From a virus (Duplodnaviria; Heunggongvirae; Uroviricota; Caudoviricetes): a DNA stretch of 42,812 nt. The notes beneath the pieces are model-generated. The model saw only the letters and a program-made list of their open reading frames with translations. It searched no databases and was not told where the DNA came from. The stretch lies in IMG/VR virus record IMGVR_UViG_2872192773_000007; one strand, written 5' to 3'. Of this stretch, positions 19,055 through 31,125 are shown piece after piece. Within the stretch, counting starts at the first letter, position 1. Each line of letters begins with the position of its first letter. The translations under genes were made by a program, and so were the position numbers.

Positions 19055-20244
19055 ATGTCTGTAGTGATATCAGGTGCGCTGACTGATGGCGCAGGTATCT
19101 CCATGTCCGGATACCATATTATTCTGAAATCCCGGGTAAACACCCCGGAAGTGGTGATGCACACTGTTGCTGATGTGATGACAGGAAACGATGGTGAATA
19201 CTGTTTCCATGCGCGGACTGGAAAATATGGTGTGTATCTGAAACAGGACTGGCACAACGAGTACAACGTTGGCGACATTGCTGTATATGAGGACTCAAAG
19301 CCCGGTACGCTGAATGACTTTCTGATTGCTCCTGATGAGGGCGACCTGAAACCAGATGTCGTCAAACGCTTTGAGGAAATGGTGGCGCAGGCGCAGCAGA
19401 GCAGGCCAAAAATGACATTGATGCTGCGCTGACCGGCACTCTGAAAACGGCTAACCATCTGTCTGAAATCGCAGCAGCAGGCGAAAAGGCACAACAGAAG
19501 TCCCGGGATAATCTGGGGCTGAAAAGTGCGGCCACGATGGAAGCACAGAGCGACATTTACGACCGGACAAAAGGCCGTCTGGCGATACCCGGCGCATTCG
19601 GCTTTGGGTGTGCTTTTCTGCCTGAAGATGTTATCCGTTTTGACACTAAGAGTGATTTCCTGGCCTGGGTAAGGAATGCGCTGCCAGGTGAATATTCCGT
19701 TGCTGGCCCCTACGGCATCATCATACCCGACACACGGTTTGAAGGGGTGCTCAGCATCCGGTGGACTGATGCACGCCCTGAGACAACAGAACCGCGGTAC
19801 AGAGCCAAATCCCTTACTTTTTACGGCATTAACGGCCCCATTTATCACACCCGCTACCGCTACTGGCCCATATCCAGACTGACTGACTGGGTGAAAATAA
19901 ATATAACCACAGAAGATATTATTTACAGAATCGTGGCGAGCTCTGTCCGCAACAGATGGGGAGACCCTGACATTGGCGGGCTGATTATTGCTGCGTACCA
20001 GGGAGAAGCTGACGGTGATAAAGTCATCAGACTTGTCAGGGGGCAGTCATACAGAGGCTCACGACTGGGACCGGTGGGGATTTCAGTGCCCAGTACTCCC
20101 ACCGGAACGTATATAGCATCCCCACAATTTTTCATTACGGGATGTTCAGAGCATTCATTACCGGGGTCATATTGCGCCCTGTCCGGGGTGCCGGATGCTC
20201 ATGTCTCTGGCGCAATGCCCGGGCTTTTTATTCGCACATCGTGA
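19055..20244 (+). pseudogene. Tail-fibre protein (prophage tail-fibre N-terminal domain), frameshifted
   Basis: The N-terminus MSVVISGALTDGAGISMSGYHIILKSRVN...VYEDSKPGTLNDFL matches the StfR-type N-domain. The frame breaks near 19400, and the reading AKNDIDAALTG...MEAQSDIY... continues in frame +1 to 20244. Confidence 0.7.
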
Positions 20245-20254
20245 GGAATGCACC

Positions 20255-20818
20255 GTGGAAATTAAAAAAATCATTAATCCCCGTTATACCGAAAGTGGCG
20301 CAGTAGACTGTGACGTTTTTTTTGACGACAGGGACCAGGCAGTCCCCTACACAGCCACCGCTGATGATGTCGCTCCGACGGGTCAGCAAATCTGGCAGGA
20401 ACTGCAAAGCGGCAAATGGGGTGAGATAGCCCCATTCACTGTGACACCAGAAATGCTGGAAGCGGCCAGAGAGGCCAGACGTCAGGAAATTGAAGCATGG
20501 CGCGCAGAACAGGAGGCGAAGCTGTTCACGTTTGAATGGAACGGTCGTATCTGGAATGCTGGTCCCGACTCACTGGGCCGCCTGTCCCCGGTAGTCATGC
20601 TGGCAAAATCTGTCACAGCACAAACACATATGGCGTGGAGCGATGCCGATAATCAGCAGGTGAAACTGTCGATGCCGGAACTGGAAGAACTGGCGGCAGC
20701 AATGGTGCAGGCGCAGGTCGATCGCAACGATGAGATTTATCGCCGTCAGCGGGAGCTGAAGGAAGAGCTGAATAGTCTGAAGGATTTGAATTCGGTTAGG
20801 AATTTTATCGTGGAATAA
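20255..20818 (+). CDS. Tail-fibre-associated/assembly-like protein (DUF4376-like)
   Basis: GTG 20255 with RBS GAGGA, 187 aa: VEIKKIINPRYTESGAVDCDVFFDD...FEWNGRIWNAGPDSLGRL. A near-identical paralogue lies at 37413..37976. Confidence 0.7.
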   Translation: MEIKKIINPRYTESGAVDCDVFFDDRDQAVPYTATADDVAPTGQQIWQELQSGKWGEIAPFTVTPEMLEAAREARRQEIEAWRAEQEAKLFTFEWNGRIWNAGPDSLGRLSPVVMLAKSVTAQTHMAWSDADNQQVKLSMPELEELAAAMVQAQVDRNDEIYRRQRELKEELNSLKDLNSVRNFIVE

Positions 20819-20829
20819 CAGAAGCTGCG

Positions 20830-20895
20830 GCACGTCGTATGCAGGAACGTGCCGCGGTTGGCTGGTAAACTTTCGATAGTGCGAGTATTGAATGA
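20830..20895 (+). repeat. Conserved prophage-end sequence (copy 1)
   Basis: GCACGTCGTATGCAGGAACGTGCCGCGGTTGGCTGG...TTCGATAGTGCGAGTATTGAATGA recurs with a few substitutions at 40156..40220. Confidence 0.8.
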
Positions 20896-21018
20896 TTTCT
20901 AGGCGTTATCGATTTTACGTATTTTTTGCATGATAGAATTCGTACCTCCTCCCAACGACCTTCCATGGCTTTCCGGACTTCTGTAGGCTGGCGGACGATG
21001 CTGTCCTCGGATGTTGTG

Positions 21019-21876
21019 CTAATTGGGTGATAACAGATCCTGTGTATGGGCGTTTCCCTTTGTGCGTGCGTTGATGCTGGTAACGGTAAACGTCATGATG
21101 AACACGACCGCGAATAAGACGACAATCGTCGGAGCTGGTGCGCTGTCGATAAAAAAGGACAGCCAGACACCAGTCATTGACACTATTACCGATATGCCAG
21201 TCGCCAGTAGGAGCGCAATATGAAAGCGTTGTGTCAGGAGTACTGCAATGGCGCCAGGCGCAATGAGCAGAGAAATAGAGAGAATGATACCTACTGCTTT
21301 CAGCGTCGCCACAATGGTCAGGGAAACCATGCACAGCAGCCCATAATGCAGCCATCTCGTATGCAAACCGCTTACCTGCGCCTGTTGATAATCAAAGCTG
21401 AACAGCAAAAAATCCCGCCATTTTACGCTAATAACAAGTGTAACCAGCCCGGCAATAATCACCGTCTGGATTATATCGCCGATGGTTATCCCGAGCATGT
21501 CGCCGAAAAGAATATGGTCAAGATGTACGTCTGGTTTAATTGCAATATACAAGATCAGACCTGCGGCAAACATGCCAGAAAAAACAATCCCCATAACTGT
21601 ATCTTGCTTGATTCGGCTGTTGTCTTTCAGGTATCCCGTCGCCACCGCGCAGAATACTCCGGCGACGAATGCCCCTGTAGCCAGAGGTAACCCCAGAATC
21701 CAGGTAAGCACGATGCCAGGAAAAACCGCATGACTCATCGCGTCACCCATCAGTGCCCAACCTTTCAGGACCAGAAAGACCGACAGCAGCGCACAGGGTA
21801 TGGAAACTACCAGTGAAATCAGCAGTGCGTGACTCATAAAGGTGAACTGCAGTGGCTCCAGTAATAATGCCATCAT
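21019..21876 (-). CDS. sitD: Iron/manganese ABC transporter permease SitD
   Basis: 285-aa polytopic membrane ORF. It is the last gene of a 4-gene operon with overlapping start and stop codons. Confidence 0.9.
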   Translation of the reverse strand: MMALLLEPLQFTFMSHALLISLVVSIPCALLSVFLVLKGWALMGDAMSHAVFPGIVLTWILGLPLATGAFVAGVFCAVATGYLKDNSRIKQDTVMGIVFSGMFAAGLILYIAIKPDVHLDHILFGDMLGITIGDIIQTVIIAGLVTLVISVKWRDFLLFSFDYQQAQVSGLHTRWLHYGLLCMVSLTIVATLKAVGIILSISLLIAPGAIAVLLTQRFHIALLLATGISVIVSMTGVWLSFFIDSAPAPTIVVLFAVVFIMTFTVTSINARTKGNAHTQDLLSPN

Positions 21877-22730
21877 GAGCGATCCTCCAGCGCTTTATGC
21901 GCACGCCGACGATTTGCCAAAAGTCCATGGGTGGGCGCAAATACAAATGCTAAAAGAAACAGCAGTGTCTGCGCCACCACGATGATTCCACCTGTCGCGC
22001 CGTCCAGAAAGTAACTGACCCACGCGCCGAGGAAACTGGTTACACTGCCAATAGTTACAGCAATTATGAGCAGGCGGGGAAAACGATCGGTTAACAACCA
22101 TGCTGTTGCACCGGGAGTCACCACCAGACAGATCACCAGAAACGCACCAACCGTTTGCAGCGCCGCAACGGTCGAAACCGACAGCAGGGTGAAGAAGAGG
22201 ATTTTTAATCTGCCCGGATGTAATCCAATAGCACGGGCGTGATTCTCGTCGAAAAAGGTCACCATAAGATCTTTCCATTTGAAAAAAAGCACGATGATCG
22301 AGAGAATGCCAATGATAGTGAGTTGCAGGATATCCGCCGGATCGATTGCCAGAATATTGCCCAGGACGATGGTCTGAATGTTCACGGATGTCGGGTTCAA
22401 TGACACCATAAACAGCCCCAGGCCAAAAAAGGACGAGAAGATCAGGCCGATGATGGCATCTTCTTTTAAGCGGGTGCGTTGGTTAAGAAACAGCATGCTG
22501 CCCGCTGCCAGTCCGCCGGAAAAGAAGGCTCCCAGAGAAAACGGAAGCCCCAGCATATATGCCCCCGCAACACCCGGGACAATAGAGTGCGACAGCGCAT
22601 CGCCAATCAGCGACCAGCCTTTTAGCATCAGATAGCATGACAGGAAAGCGCAGAGACCGCCGACCATTGCCGAGACCCACATCGCATTGAGCATATATTC
22701 ATAGCTGAAGGGTTCCAGTAGCACGTTCAT
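21873..22730 (-). CDS. sitC: Iron/manganese ABC transporter permease SitC
   Basis: 285-aa polytopic membrane ORF of the ABC-3 family. Confidence 0.9.
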   Translation of the reverse strand: MNVLLEPFSYEYMLNAMWVSAMVGGLCAFLSCYLMLKGWSLIGDALSHSIVPGVAGAYMLGLPFSLGAFFSGGLAAGSMLFLNQRTRLKEDAIIGLIFSSFFGLGLFMVSLNPTSVNIQTIVLGNILAIDPADILQLTIIGILSIIVLFFKWKDLMVTFFDENHARAIGLHPGRLKILFFTLLSVSTVAALQTVGAFLVICLVVTPGATAWLLTDRFPRLLIIAVTIGSVTSFLGAWVSYFLDGATGGIIVVAQTLLFLLAFVFAPTHGLLANRRRAHKALEDRS

Positions 22731-23554
22731 CTTGCTTCCCTCTGCACCGCTGACGGTCGATGTGCCACAAAAGGGCGTTCATCGTCAGTAATAATGCTTT
22801 CTTCCGAGCCGTTAAGTGTGACATGGCGCAGTACGCCGCTAAAAGCCAGCTCCAGGTTCTCGGCTGTAAAAGTGGTGTCTGTCGGCCCGCTTGCCAGGAC
22901 GGTGCCTTTGACCATGACCGTATAATCGCAAAATGTCGTGACTGAGCCGAGATTGTGCGTTGAGACAAGCATCGTTTTGCCTTCCGCGCGTAACTCCCTC
23001 AACAGGCTGATGATTTTCGCTTCGGTTTTCACATCAACGCCGGTAAAAGGTTCATCCAGCAGGATCACATCACCCTGCTGTGCAATTGCTCTCGCCAGAA
23101 AGACGCGTTTCTTTTGTCCACCGGAAAGCTCGCCGATTTGACGATGGCGAAAATCCACCATATCGACACGTTCCAGCGCATCGGTGACAATCTGACGATC
23201 CCTCTTTTTGGCTATACGCAACATACCCATATGCCCATAGCGGCCCATCATCACCACATCTTCCACCAGTACAGGAAATGACCAGTCAACCTCTTCTGAC
23301 TGAGGGACGTAGGCAACCAGGTTTTTCTGTAGCGCCTGTCGCGTGGGAATACCCAGAACAGATATCTTTCCGCTGGTCAGACGCACAAATCCCATAATCG
23401 CTTTAAACAACGTCGATTTTCCGGAACCGTTTACCCCAACCAGAGCGGCAATAGATCCACTTGGTACTGTGAAGGATGCATCGCGCAGTGCTGTGTGCCC
23501 GTTACGCCAGGTGACAGTAACATCATTAACGACAATGCCTGCAGATTGCATCAT
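22727..23554 (-). CDS. sitB: Iron/manganese ABC transporter ATPase SitB
   Basis: 275 aa with Walker [13 protein letters not shown] signature LSGGQKKR and Walker B ILLDEP. Confidence 0.95.
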   Translation of the reverse strand: MMQSAGIVVNDVTVTWRNGHTALRDASFTVPSGSIAALVGVNGSGKSTLFKAIMGFVRLTSGKISVLGIPTRQALQKNLVAYVPQSEEVDWSFPVLVEDVVMMGRYGHMGMLRIAKKRDRQIVTDALERVDMVDFRHRQIGELSGGQKKRVFLARAIAQQGDVILLDEPFTGVDVKTEAKIISLLRELRAEGKTMLVSTHNLGSVTTFCDYTVMVKGTVLASGPTDTTFTAENLELAFSGVLRHVTLNGSEESIITDDERPFVAHRPSAVQREAR

Positions 23555-24468
23555 TATTTCTCCCTTTTCCCGGCTTTAATTCCCTGTACCAGCGTACTGG
23601 TAGTAACCTTAAGAAGGTCGATATACGTAGGTACCGGGCCGTTTTCTGTGCTCAGGGAATCGACATAGAGCACACCGCCGTAGTGTGCGCCGGTTTCACG
23701 CGCAACCTGACGCGCTGGTTTATCGGAAATCGTACTCTCGCTAAAGACTGCCGGGATATGATTTTTCTTAACTATATCAACAACCTTACGTACCTGCTGC
23801 GGTGTTCCTTGTTGATCGGCATTAATCGGCCACAGATAAAGCTCTTTTAGCCCCAAATCGCGTGCGAGATAAGAAAAAGCCCCTTCACTGGTGACCATCC
23901 ATCGCTGATTCTCAGGGAGTTCCGTAATCTGCTTACGCAGGGGGGCAAGGGTTTGGGTAATCTTGGCTTTATAAGTATCGGCATTACGTTGGTAGGTTTG
24001 TGCATTTGCCGGATCGTATTTTATCAACGCATCACGAATATTATCGACGTAAATCAGAGCATTATCTGGCGACATCCATGCATGGGGATTAGGTTTGCCC
24101 TCATAGGGTCCTTCGGTGATCCCTACTGGCGTCACACCCGAAGAGACAATTACTTCTGGAACCCCATTGAGATGCTGGTAAAAGCGTTGGAACCACAATT
24201 CCAGATTCATACCATTGGCGAGAATCAGTTGTGCCCCCTGCGCACGTTTAATATCGCCAGGGGTAGGCTGATACTCATGAATTTCTGCACCAGGCTTGGT
24301 TATGGATGAGACTTCTGCAGCATCTCCAGCCACGTTTTTGGCCATATCCGCGATGATGGTAAATGTTGTAATGACCTTGAATTTTTCAGTTGCACTTGCC
24401 TGAAATGCGATCGAGCAGGTGAGGGCGAGGCACCCCAAGAGCATGGTTACTTTTTTTATTGAGTGCAT
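23554..24468 (-). CDS. sitA: Periplasmic metal-binding protein SitA
   Basis: 304 aa with a signal peptide ([26 protein letters not shown]) and a cluster-9 (ZnuA/MntC-type) solute-binding fold. Confidence 0.95.
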   Translation of the reverse strand: MHSIKKVTMLLGCLALTCSIAFQASATEKFKVITTFTIIADMAKNVAGDAAEVSSITKPGAEIHEYQPTPGDIKRAQGAQLILANGMNLELWFQRFYQHLNGVPEVIVSSGVTPVGITEGPYEGKPNPHAWMSPDNALIYVDNIRDALIKYDPANAQTYQRNADTYKAKITQTLAPLRKQITELPENQRWMVTSEGAFSYLARDLGLKELYLWPINADQQGTPQQVRKVVDIVKKNHIPAVFSESTISDKPARQVARETGAHYGGVLYVDSLSTENGPVPTYIDLLKVTTSTLVQGIKAGKREK

Positions 24469-24500
24469 AATTTAGTACCTATAGTGAGCAAAATTAGAAC

Positions 24501-24522
24501 AAACATAGCAACGGCTATGTTT
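24501..24522 (-). promoter_or_regulatory. MntR box
   Basis: The near-perfect palindrome AAACATAGCAACGGCTATGTTT lies 33-54 bp upstream of sitA and matches the E. coli mntH MntR site as I recall it. Confidence 0.75.
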
Positions 24523-24544
24523 TATAGCATAACCTATACAAAAT

Positions 24545-24563
24545 GAAAATAATTATCATTAAC
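24545..24563 (-). promoter_or_regulatory. Fur box
   Basis: GAAAATAATTATCATTAAC matches the consensus GATAATGATAATCATTATC at 15 of 19 positions. Confidence 0.7.
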
Positions 24564-24675
24564 AGCTTTGAGGCCTAAAACAGGGATTAGGTTGTTTCCT
24601 GCTGGCGACATGATATTGAGGAAAAAAGTAGAGCAGCTATTAGGCTTTGAAATGACTTTATGAGGAAAATTGTTG

Positions 24676-24931
24676 ATGGCAAAAATGGGGCAAAACGCTG
24701 TATAAGGGGCAAAAAAGGGGCAAAAAAGGGGCAAAAAAGAGTGGGTTATCGTAGCTTATTGTTGTCGCTGATAATGTTTAACATATTGAAAAATAAATAA
24801 AATACTTATGAGTCAGATAGTTGTGATTTTTGCCCTTACTTGTTCAGGTCGTATTGTTCTTTCTTTGTAATTTGTTGATTTTCTTGCATTATTTCAGTTC
24901 TCTGGTACTAAATGGGGCAAATTGGGGGCAA
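24676..24931 (+). repeat. Dispersed/tandem GGGGCAAA(A) motif array
   Basis: Direct copies start at 24687, 24706, 24717, 24728, 24914 and 24925. The middle three form a perfect 11-bp tandem (AGGGGCAAAAA x3). One inverted copy lies at 24828-24834. Confidence 0.85.
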
Positions 24932-24940
24932 ACTTTGCAA

Positions 24941-25580
24941 CTACGATAACCGCGCATTCAACATGGCTATCTGTTCGTCGTTCATGTCATCAATCCACAT
25001 ACCGTAAATTTCATACACCATTTGCGCAGTTTCATGCCCCATCTGGCTGGCTATAAATGCCGGGTTCGCTCCTGCCGTCAACAGCCAGCAGGCAAAAGTA
25101 TGTCGCGTGTGGTACGGATTACGGCGGCGAATACCAGCACGTTTTACTGCTGCATTCCATCTTGTACCCAAACTGCTTACCGAGTAATAAGGTTTCTGTT
25201 TTTCGTTACACACCCTGGGCATGAAAACAAAATGCAGTTTTTGTTTTTCAGTTCTGCCGTACTCCCGATGATAAAAAGTGATTTCGCTTTTGCGATGATG
25301 CCCGGTCAGTTTGTATTGCTCCTTCAGTGCTTCAAGAGCCGGCTGCAGTAATGTTACCGTCCGGATCCCGGCATTTGTTTTTGGGGGACCGAACATATCA
25401 AGTATCGTCAGGTTTCTTCTGACATTCACAATTCCCTTCTCGAAATCCACATCCTCCCACGCCAGAGCTGCCAGTTCCCCGTGACGAAGCCCGGAGTAAA
25501 CGGCAAATTTCCACAAGTTTTGGCTCTGTCCTTTTTCACTTTCCATTAATGCATTGAATTCTGTTTTAGATAACGGGTCA
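24941..25580 (-). pseudogene. Lambda-type integrase, C-terminal catalytic part (cut by IS1)
   Basis: ...LRHGELAALAWEDVDF...PYHTRHTFACWLLTAGANPAFIASQMGHETAQMVYEIYGMWI. The residues upstream of 25580 come from the IS1 end. Confidence 0.85.
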
Positions 25581-25635
25581 GGTAATGCTGCCAACTTACT
25601 GATTTAGTGTATGATGGTGATTTTAAGGTGCTTGC

Positions 25636-25911
25636 GTGGCTTCCATTTCCATCAGATGTCCTTCCTGCTCCGCTACTGAAGGCGTGGTGCGTAACGGCAA
25701 AAGCACTGCCGGACATCAGCGCTATCTCTGCTCTCATTGCCGTAAAACATGGCAACTACAGTTCACTTACACCGCCTCTCAGCCCGGTACGCACCAGAAA
25801 ATCATTGATATGGCCATGAATGGCGTCGGATGTCGCGCCAGTGCACGCATTATGGGCGTTGGCCTCAACACGGTTTTACGTCACTTAAAAAACTCAGGCC
25901 GCAGTCGGTAA
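25636..25911 (+). CDS. insA: IS1 InsA
   Basis: 91-aa ORF. Confidence 0.9.
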   Translation: MASISIRCPSCSATEGVVRNGKSTAGHQRYLCSHCRKTWQLQFTYTASQPGTHQKIIDMAMNGVGCRASARIMGVGLNTVLRHLKNSGRSR

Positions 25912-26333
25912 CCTCGCGCATACAACCGGGCAGTGATGTGATTGTCTGCGCTGAAATGGACGAACATTGGGGCTACGTCGGTGCTAAATCACGTCAGCGC
26001 TGGCTGTTTTACGCGTATGACAGGATACGGAGGACGGTTGTGGCGCACGTCTTCGGTGAACGCACTCTGGCCACACTGGAGCGTCTTCTGAGCCTGCTGT
26101 CGGCCTTTGAGGTCGTGGTATGGATGACGGATGGCTGGCCGCTGTATGAATCACGCCTGAAGGGAAAGCTGCACATTATCAGCAAGCGTTACACTCAGCG
26201 CATTGAGCGACATAATCTGAATCTGAGACAACATCTGGCAAGGCTGGTACGGAAGTCACTGTCGTTCTCAAAATCGGTGGAGCTGCATGACAAGGTCATC
26301 GGGCATTATCTGAACATAAAACACTATCAGTAA
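25830..26333 (+). CDS. insB: IS1 InsB (variant: W and I substitutions relative to the other two copies)
   Basis: 167-aa ORF. It reads [20 protein letters not shown] where the other copies read [20 protein letters not shown]. Confidence 0.9.
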   Translation: MSRQCTHYGRWPQHGFTSLKKLRPQSVTSRIQPGSDVIVCAEMDEHWGYVGAKSRQRWLFYAYDRIRRTVVAHVFGERTLATLERLLSLLSAFEVVVWMTDGWPLYESRLKGKLHIISKRYTQRIERHNLNLRQHLARLVRKSLSFSKSVELHDKVIGHYLNIKHYQ

Positions 26334-26348
26334 GTTGGAGTCATTACC

Positions 26349-26520
26349 CACCGGAACTGATTTGATGAACTATCAACGCTCTTAAATTCCCGGCCTTTTT
26401 AATGTTACTGTTAGTAATCTCCCAGCCTTTCAATGTTTCCCGACATCGTTTTCCTCGAAACATGAACCAGATGCGAATGTATTTACCTCGAATCTCGACA
26501 CCTGTTGGTAATTTAGACAT
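26349..26520 (-). pseudogene. Lambda-type integrase, N-terminal arm-binding part
   Basis: ATG at 26520, then MSKLPTGVEIRGKYIRIWFMFRGKRCRETLKGWEITNSNIKKAGNLRALIVHQISSG. Confidence 0.8.
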
Positions 26521-26521
26521 A

Positions 26522-26694
26522 TCATGAGTCTTTGATAAACTGATTTATCTTCGGATAGTTGTACCAGATAATCCCTCGCTTACTGTCTGGCTTCCCTAAA
26601 GGAGATACTCGTTTGAAGTGGAAGCCTTCCACCCAACAGTTCTGGCGGTATGCTTCAATTTGTCTGGCACCCAGACCAGTGCGAAGCATCAGGC
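26522..26694 (-). pseudogene. Excisionase-like protein (DUF1233 type), probably 5'-truncated by IS629
   Basis: ...[47 protein letters not shown]. The stop lies 1 nt before the int ATG, and the IS629 end lies 5 nt upstream of the first Met. Confidence 0.6.
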
Positions 26695-26736
26695 TGAACC
26701 GCCCCGGGTTTCCTGGAGAGTGTTTTATCTGTGAAC

Positions 26737-27619
<883 letters not shown>

Positions 27620-27623
<4 letters not shown>

Positions 27624-27946
27624 TTTTTCCAGAGGCGGTCGAACTCCGCCTTCGCAAAATAAGCGGAAGCCTGGCGAAGGATATCGTTACTGCGGTGCAG
27701 TTCACGATTTTCACGCTCCAGCTCTTTCAGACGCTGACGTTCAGCGGTGGTGAGCCCTCCATCACCGCCCCCGGTATCCCGCTCATGCTGGCGAACCCAG
27801 ACACGCAGAGTCTCCGGCGTACAGCCAATCTTTGGGGCAATGGAACAAATTGTCGCCCATTGTGAGTCATATTCGCCCTGACTTTCCAGAACCATACGGA
27901 CTGCCCGTTGACGGACTTCGGGGGAAAAACGAGTATTTTTAGTCAT
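27620..27946 (-). CDS. IS629 OrfA
   Basis: 108-aa [34 protein letters not shown]. Confidence 0.9.
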
Positions 27947-28020
27947 CCTGTTTACCTCTTTCTCAGGAAGTTTAGTCTCCAGGATTCCCGGGGCGGTTCA
28001 TTCCCAAAATGCACTTGGTT

Positions 28021-28361
28021 TTACACCGGAATATTCTCATCGTATCCTGCTTGTTGCGTTTCGTTTTGTGTTTGTGGATCCGGGAATGCATATTCAACGC
28101 CTTCCAGTTCAATCCATAGTGCATTACGACCAGCTTTGATTGTCGGCCAGTCCATACCTTTGATTCTTTCCCATGAGCGGGAGGTGAATGTTTTTTCCAG
28201 CAAATCAGCTTTTGCGCGTTTGGCGTCGTTACTGGTGCCCCCATGGTGCTTGTTGAGCAACTCGATAATTTCATCAAGTTAATTTCATCAAGTGCGATTT
28301 CTTTTGCACGCTTTTCTTTTAGCCATGTCGGTGTACCGTCGTTGGCAAATAATTCACTGTT
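28021..28361 (-). pseudogene. Hypothetical early-left phage gene, 5'-truncated by IS911 and frameshifted by a 14-bp tandem duplication
   Basis: The reading ...NSELFANDGTPTWLKEKRAKEIALDEI is broken at the duplicated TAATTTCATCAAGT (28266-28293). It then continues as ...ELLNKHHGGTSNDAKRAKADLLEKTF...DENIPV*. Confidence 0.55.
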
Positions 28362-28369
28362 TGAAGTGG

Positions 28370-29538
<1,169 letters not shown>

Positions 29539-29610
29539 TGGAGCACCTGTGTTGTTCTGAGGTGAGCATATCACCTCTGTTCAGGTGGCCAAATTCAGTG
29601 TGCCACTTCA

Positions 29611-29861
29611 CAGCCATGTACCGGATGTGTTCTGCCATGCGCTCCTGAAACTCAACATCATCATCAAATGCGTGGCTGATTGCCTGTTTATTGGCACCGT
29701 GGCGTTGCAAATGGTCGATGCAGAGCGATTCAAACAGGTGCTGAGGCAGACCTTTTTCCAGGTCGTCCGCCAGTTCCGTTTCTTTTTCTTCACGAACGAT
29801 CTGCTGGTAGTGACGAGCCCATGCCATTTCTTCAATACGATCAAAAATCGGATAAGCGCTC
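29611..29861 (-). pseudogene. gam: Lambda Gam-like RecBCD inhibitor, truncated at both ends (IS600 / IS911)
   Basis: ...[70 protein letters not shown] closely parallels lambda Gam as I recall it. Confidence 0.85.
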
Positions 29862-29925
29862 TGAGGTAGCCTGAGTTTAACGGACACTCCTTCCTGAAAT
29901 AGAATGGCATCAGAAGGAGCTAATA

Positions 29926-30228
29926 ATGAGCAGAAAAACCCAACGTTACTCTAAAGAGTTCAAAGCCGAAGCTGTCAGAACGGTTCTTGAAAATCAACTT
30001 TCGATCAGTGAAGGCGCTTCCCGATTATCTCTTCCTGAAGGCACTTTAGGACAATGGGTTACCGCCGCCAGAAAAGGGCTCGGTACTCCTGGTTCCCGCA
30101 CGGTGGCTGAACTGGAATCTGAAATTCTGCAACTGCGTAAGGCGTTAAATGAAGCTCGCCTTGAGCGAGATATATTAAAAAAAGCAACAGCGTATTTTGC
30201 ACAGGAGTCGCTGAAAAATACGCGTTAA
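29926..30228 (+). CDS. IS600 OrfA
   Basis: 100-aa ORF. Confidence 0.95.
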   Translation: MSRKTQRYSKEFKAEAVRTVLENQLSISEGASRLSLPEGTLGQWVTAARKGLGTPGSRTVAELESEILQLRKALNEARLERDILKKATAYFAQESLKNTR

Positions 30229-30263
30229 TCGAACAATGGCGACAACAATTTCCCATTGAAGCG

Positions 30264-31082
30264 ATGTGTCAGGTATTTGGTGTATCCAGGAGCGGTTATT
30301 ACAACTGGGTACAGCATGAACCCTCAGACAGAAAACAAAGTGATGAGCGGCTAAAACTGGAGATTAAGGTGGCACATATCCGCACTCGCGAAACATATGG
30401 AACCCGGCGGCTCCAGACGGAGCTGGCAGAGAATGGCATCATCGTTGGTCGTGACCGACTGGCACGTCTTCGTAAGGAGCTGAGGCTACGCTGTAAGCAG
30501 AAACGCAAGTTCAGAGCGACTACGAACCCGAACCACAATCTGCCAGTTGCGCCAAATCTGCTGAACCAGACGTTCGCTCCTACAGCACCAAATCAGGTCT
30601 GGGTGGCGGACCTGACGTATGTTGCCACACAGGAGGGATGGTTGTACCTCGCTGGCATCAAAGATGTTTATACGTGTGAAATTGTCGGCTACGCCATGGG
30701 AGAGCGCATGACAAAAGAGCTGACAGGTAAAGCCCTGTTTATGGCGCTCAGGAGCCAGCGCCCACCTGCCGGGCTAATCCACCACTCTGATCGAGGTTCA
30801 CAGTACTGCGCATACGATTACCGGGTCATACAGGAGCAGTCTGGTCTGAAAACATCAATGTCGCGTAAAGGTAACTGTTACGACAACGCTCCGATGGAAA
30901 GCTTCTGGGGAACGCTGAAAAATGAGAGCCTGAGCCACTATCGTTTTAATAACCGGGATGAAGCCACCTCAGTAATACGGGAATACATTGAGATTTTCTA
31001 CAATCGTCAGCGTCGTCACTCTCGTCTGGGGAATATCTCCCCGGCAGCCTTCAGGGAAAAATATCATCAGATGGCTGCTTAA
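30264..31082 (+). CDS. IS600 OrfB
   Basis: 272-aa ORF, with one substitution (EATSVIRE) relative to the other copies. Confidence 0.95.
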   Translation: MCQVFGVSRSGYYNWVQHEPSDRKQSDERLKLEIKVAHIRTRETYGTRRLQTELAENGIIVGRDRLARLRKELRLRCKQKRKFRATTNPNHNLPVAPNLLNQTFAPTAPNQVWVADLTYVATQEGWLYLAGIKDVYTCEIVGYAMGERMTKELTGKALFMALRSQRPPAGLIHHSDRGSQYCAYDYRVIQEQSGLKTSMSRKGNCYDNAPMESFWGTLKNESLSHYRFNNRDEATSVIREYIEIFYNRQRRHSRLGNISPAAFREKYHQMAA

Positions 31083-31125
31083 AAAAAGAACAAATGGTAG
31101 TGTCCGCTATTGCCAGTACACCTCA

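Larger units (their letters stand above)
25581..26348 (+). mobile_element. IS1, complete 768-bp copy, no target duplication
   Basis: The flanks AACGGGTCA and CACCGGAAC differ. About 110 codons of int are missing between the two int pieces. Confidence 0.95.
29862..31125 (+). mobile_element. IS600, complete copy, no target duplication
   Basis: 1264 bp. The flanks CTC and CAG differ. Confidence 0.95.

Noticed and set aside
19033-19848. 271-aa minus-strand ORF
   Set aside because: It is antisense to the tail-fibre gene, whose plus-strand translation has clear family features. The minus-strand product is Cys/Ser/Arg-rich and has no RBS.
21220-21690. 156-aa plus-strand ORF, and the minus-strand ORF 20915-21355
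   Set aside because: They overlap sitD, whose membrane-protein frame is clearly the real one. The 20915-21355 ORF is an out-of-frame reading of the sitD 3' end and its downstream spacer.
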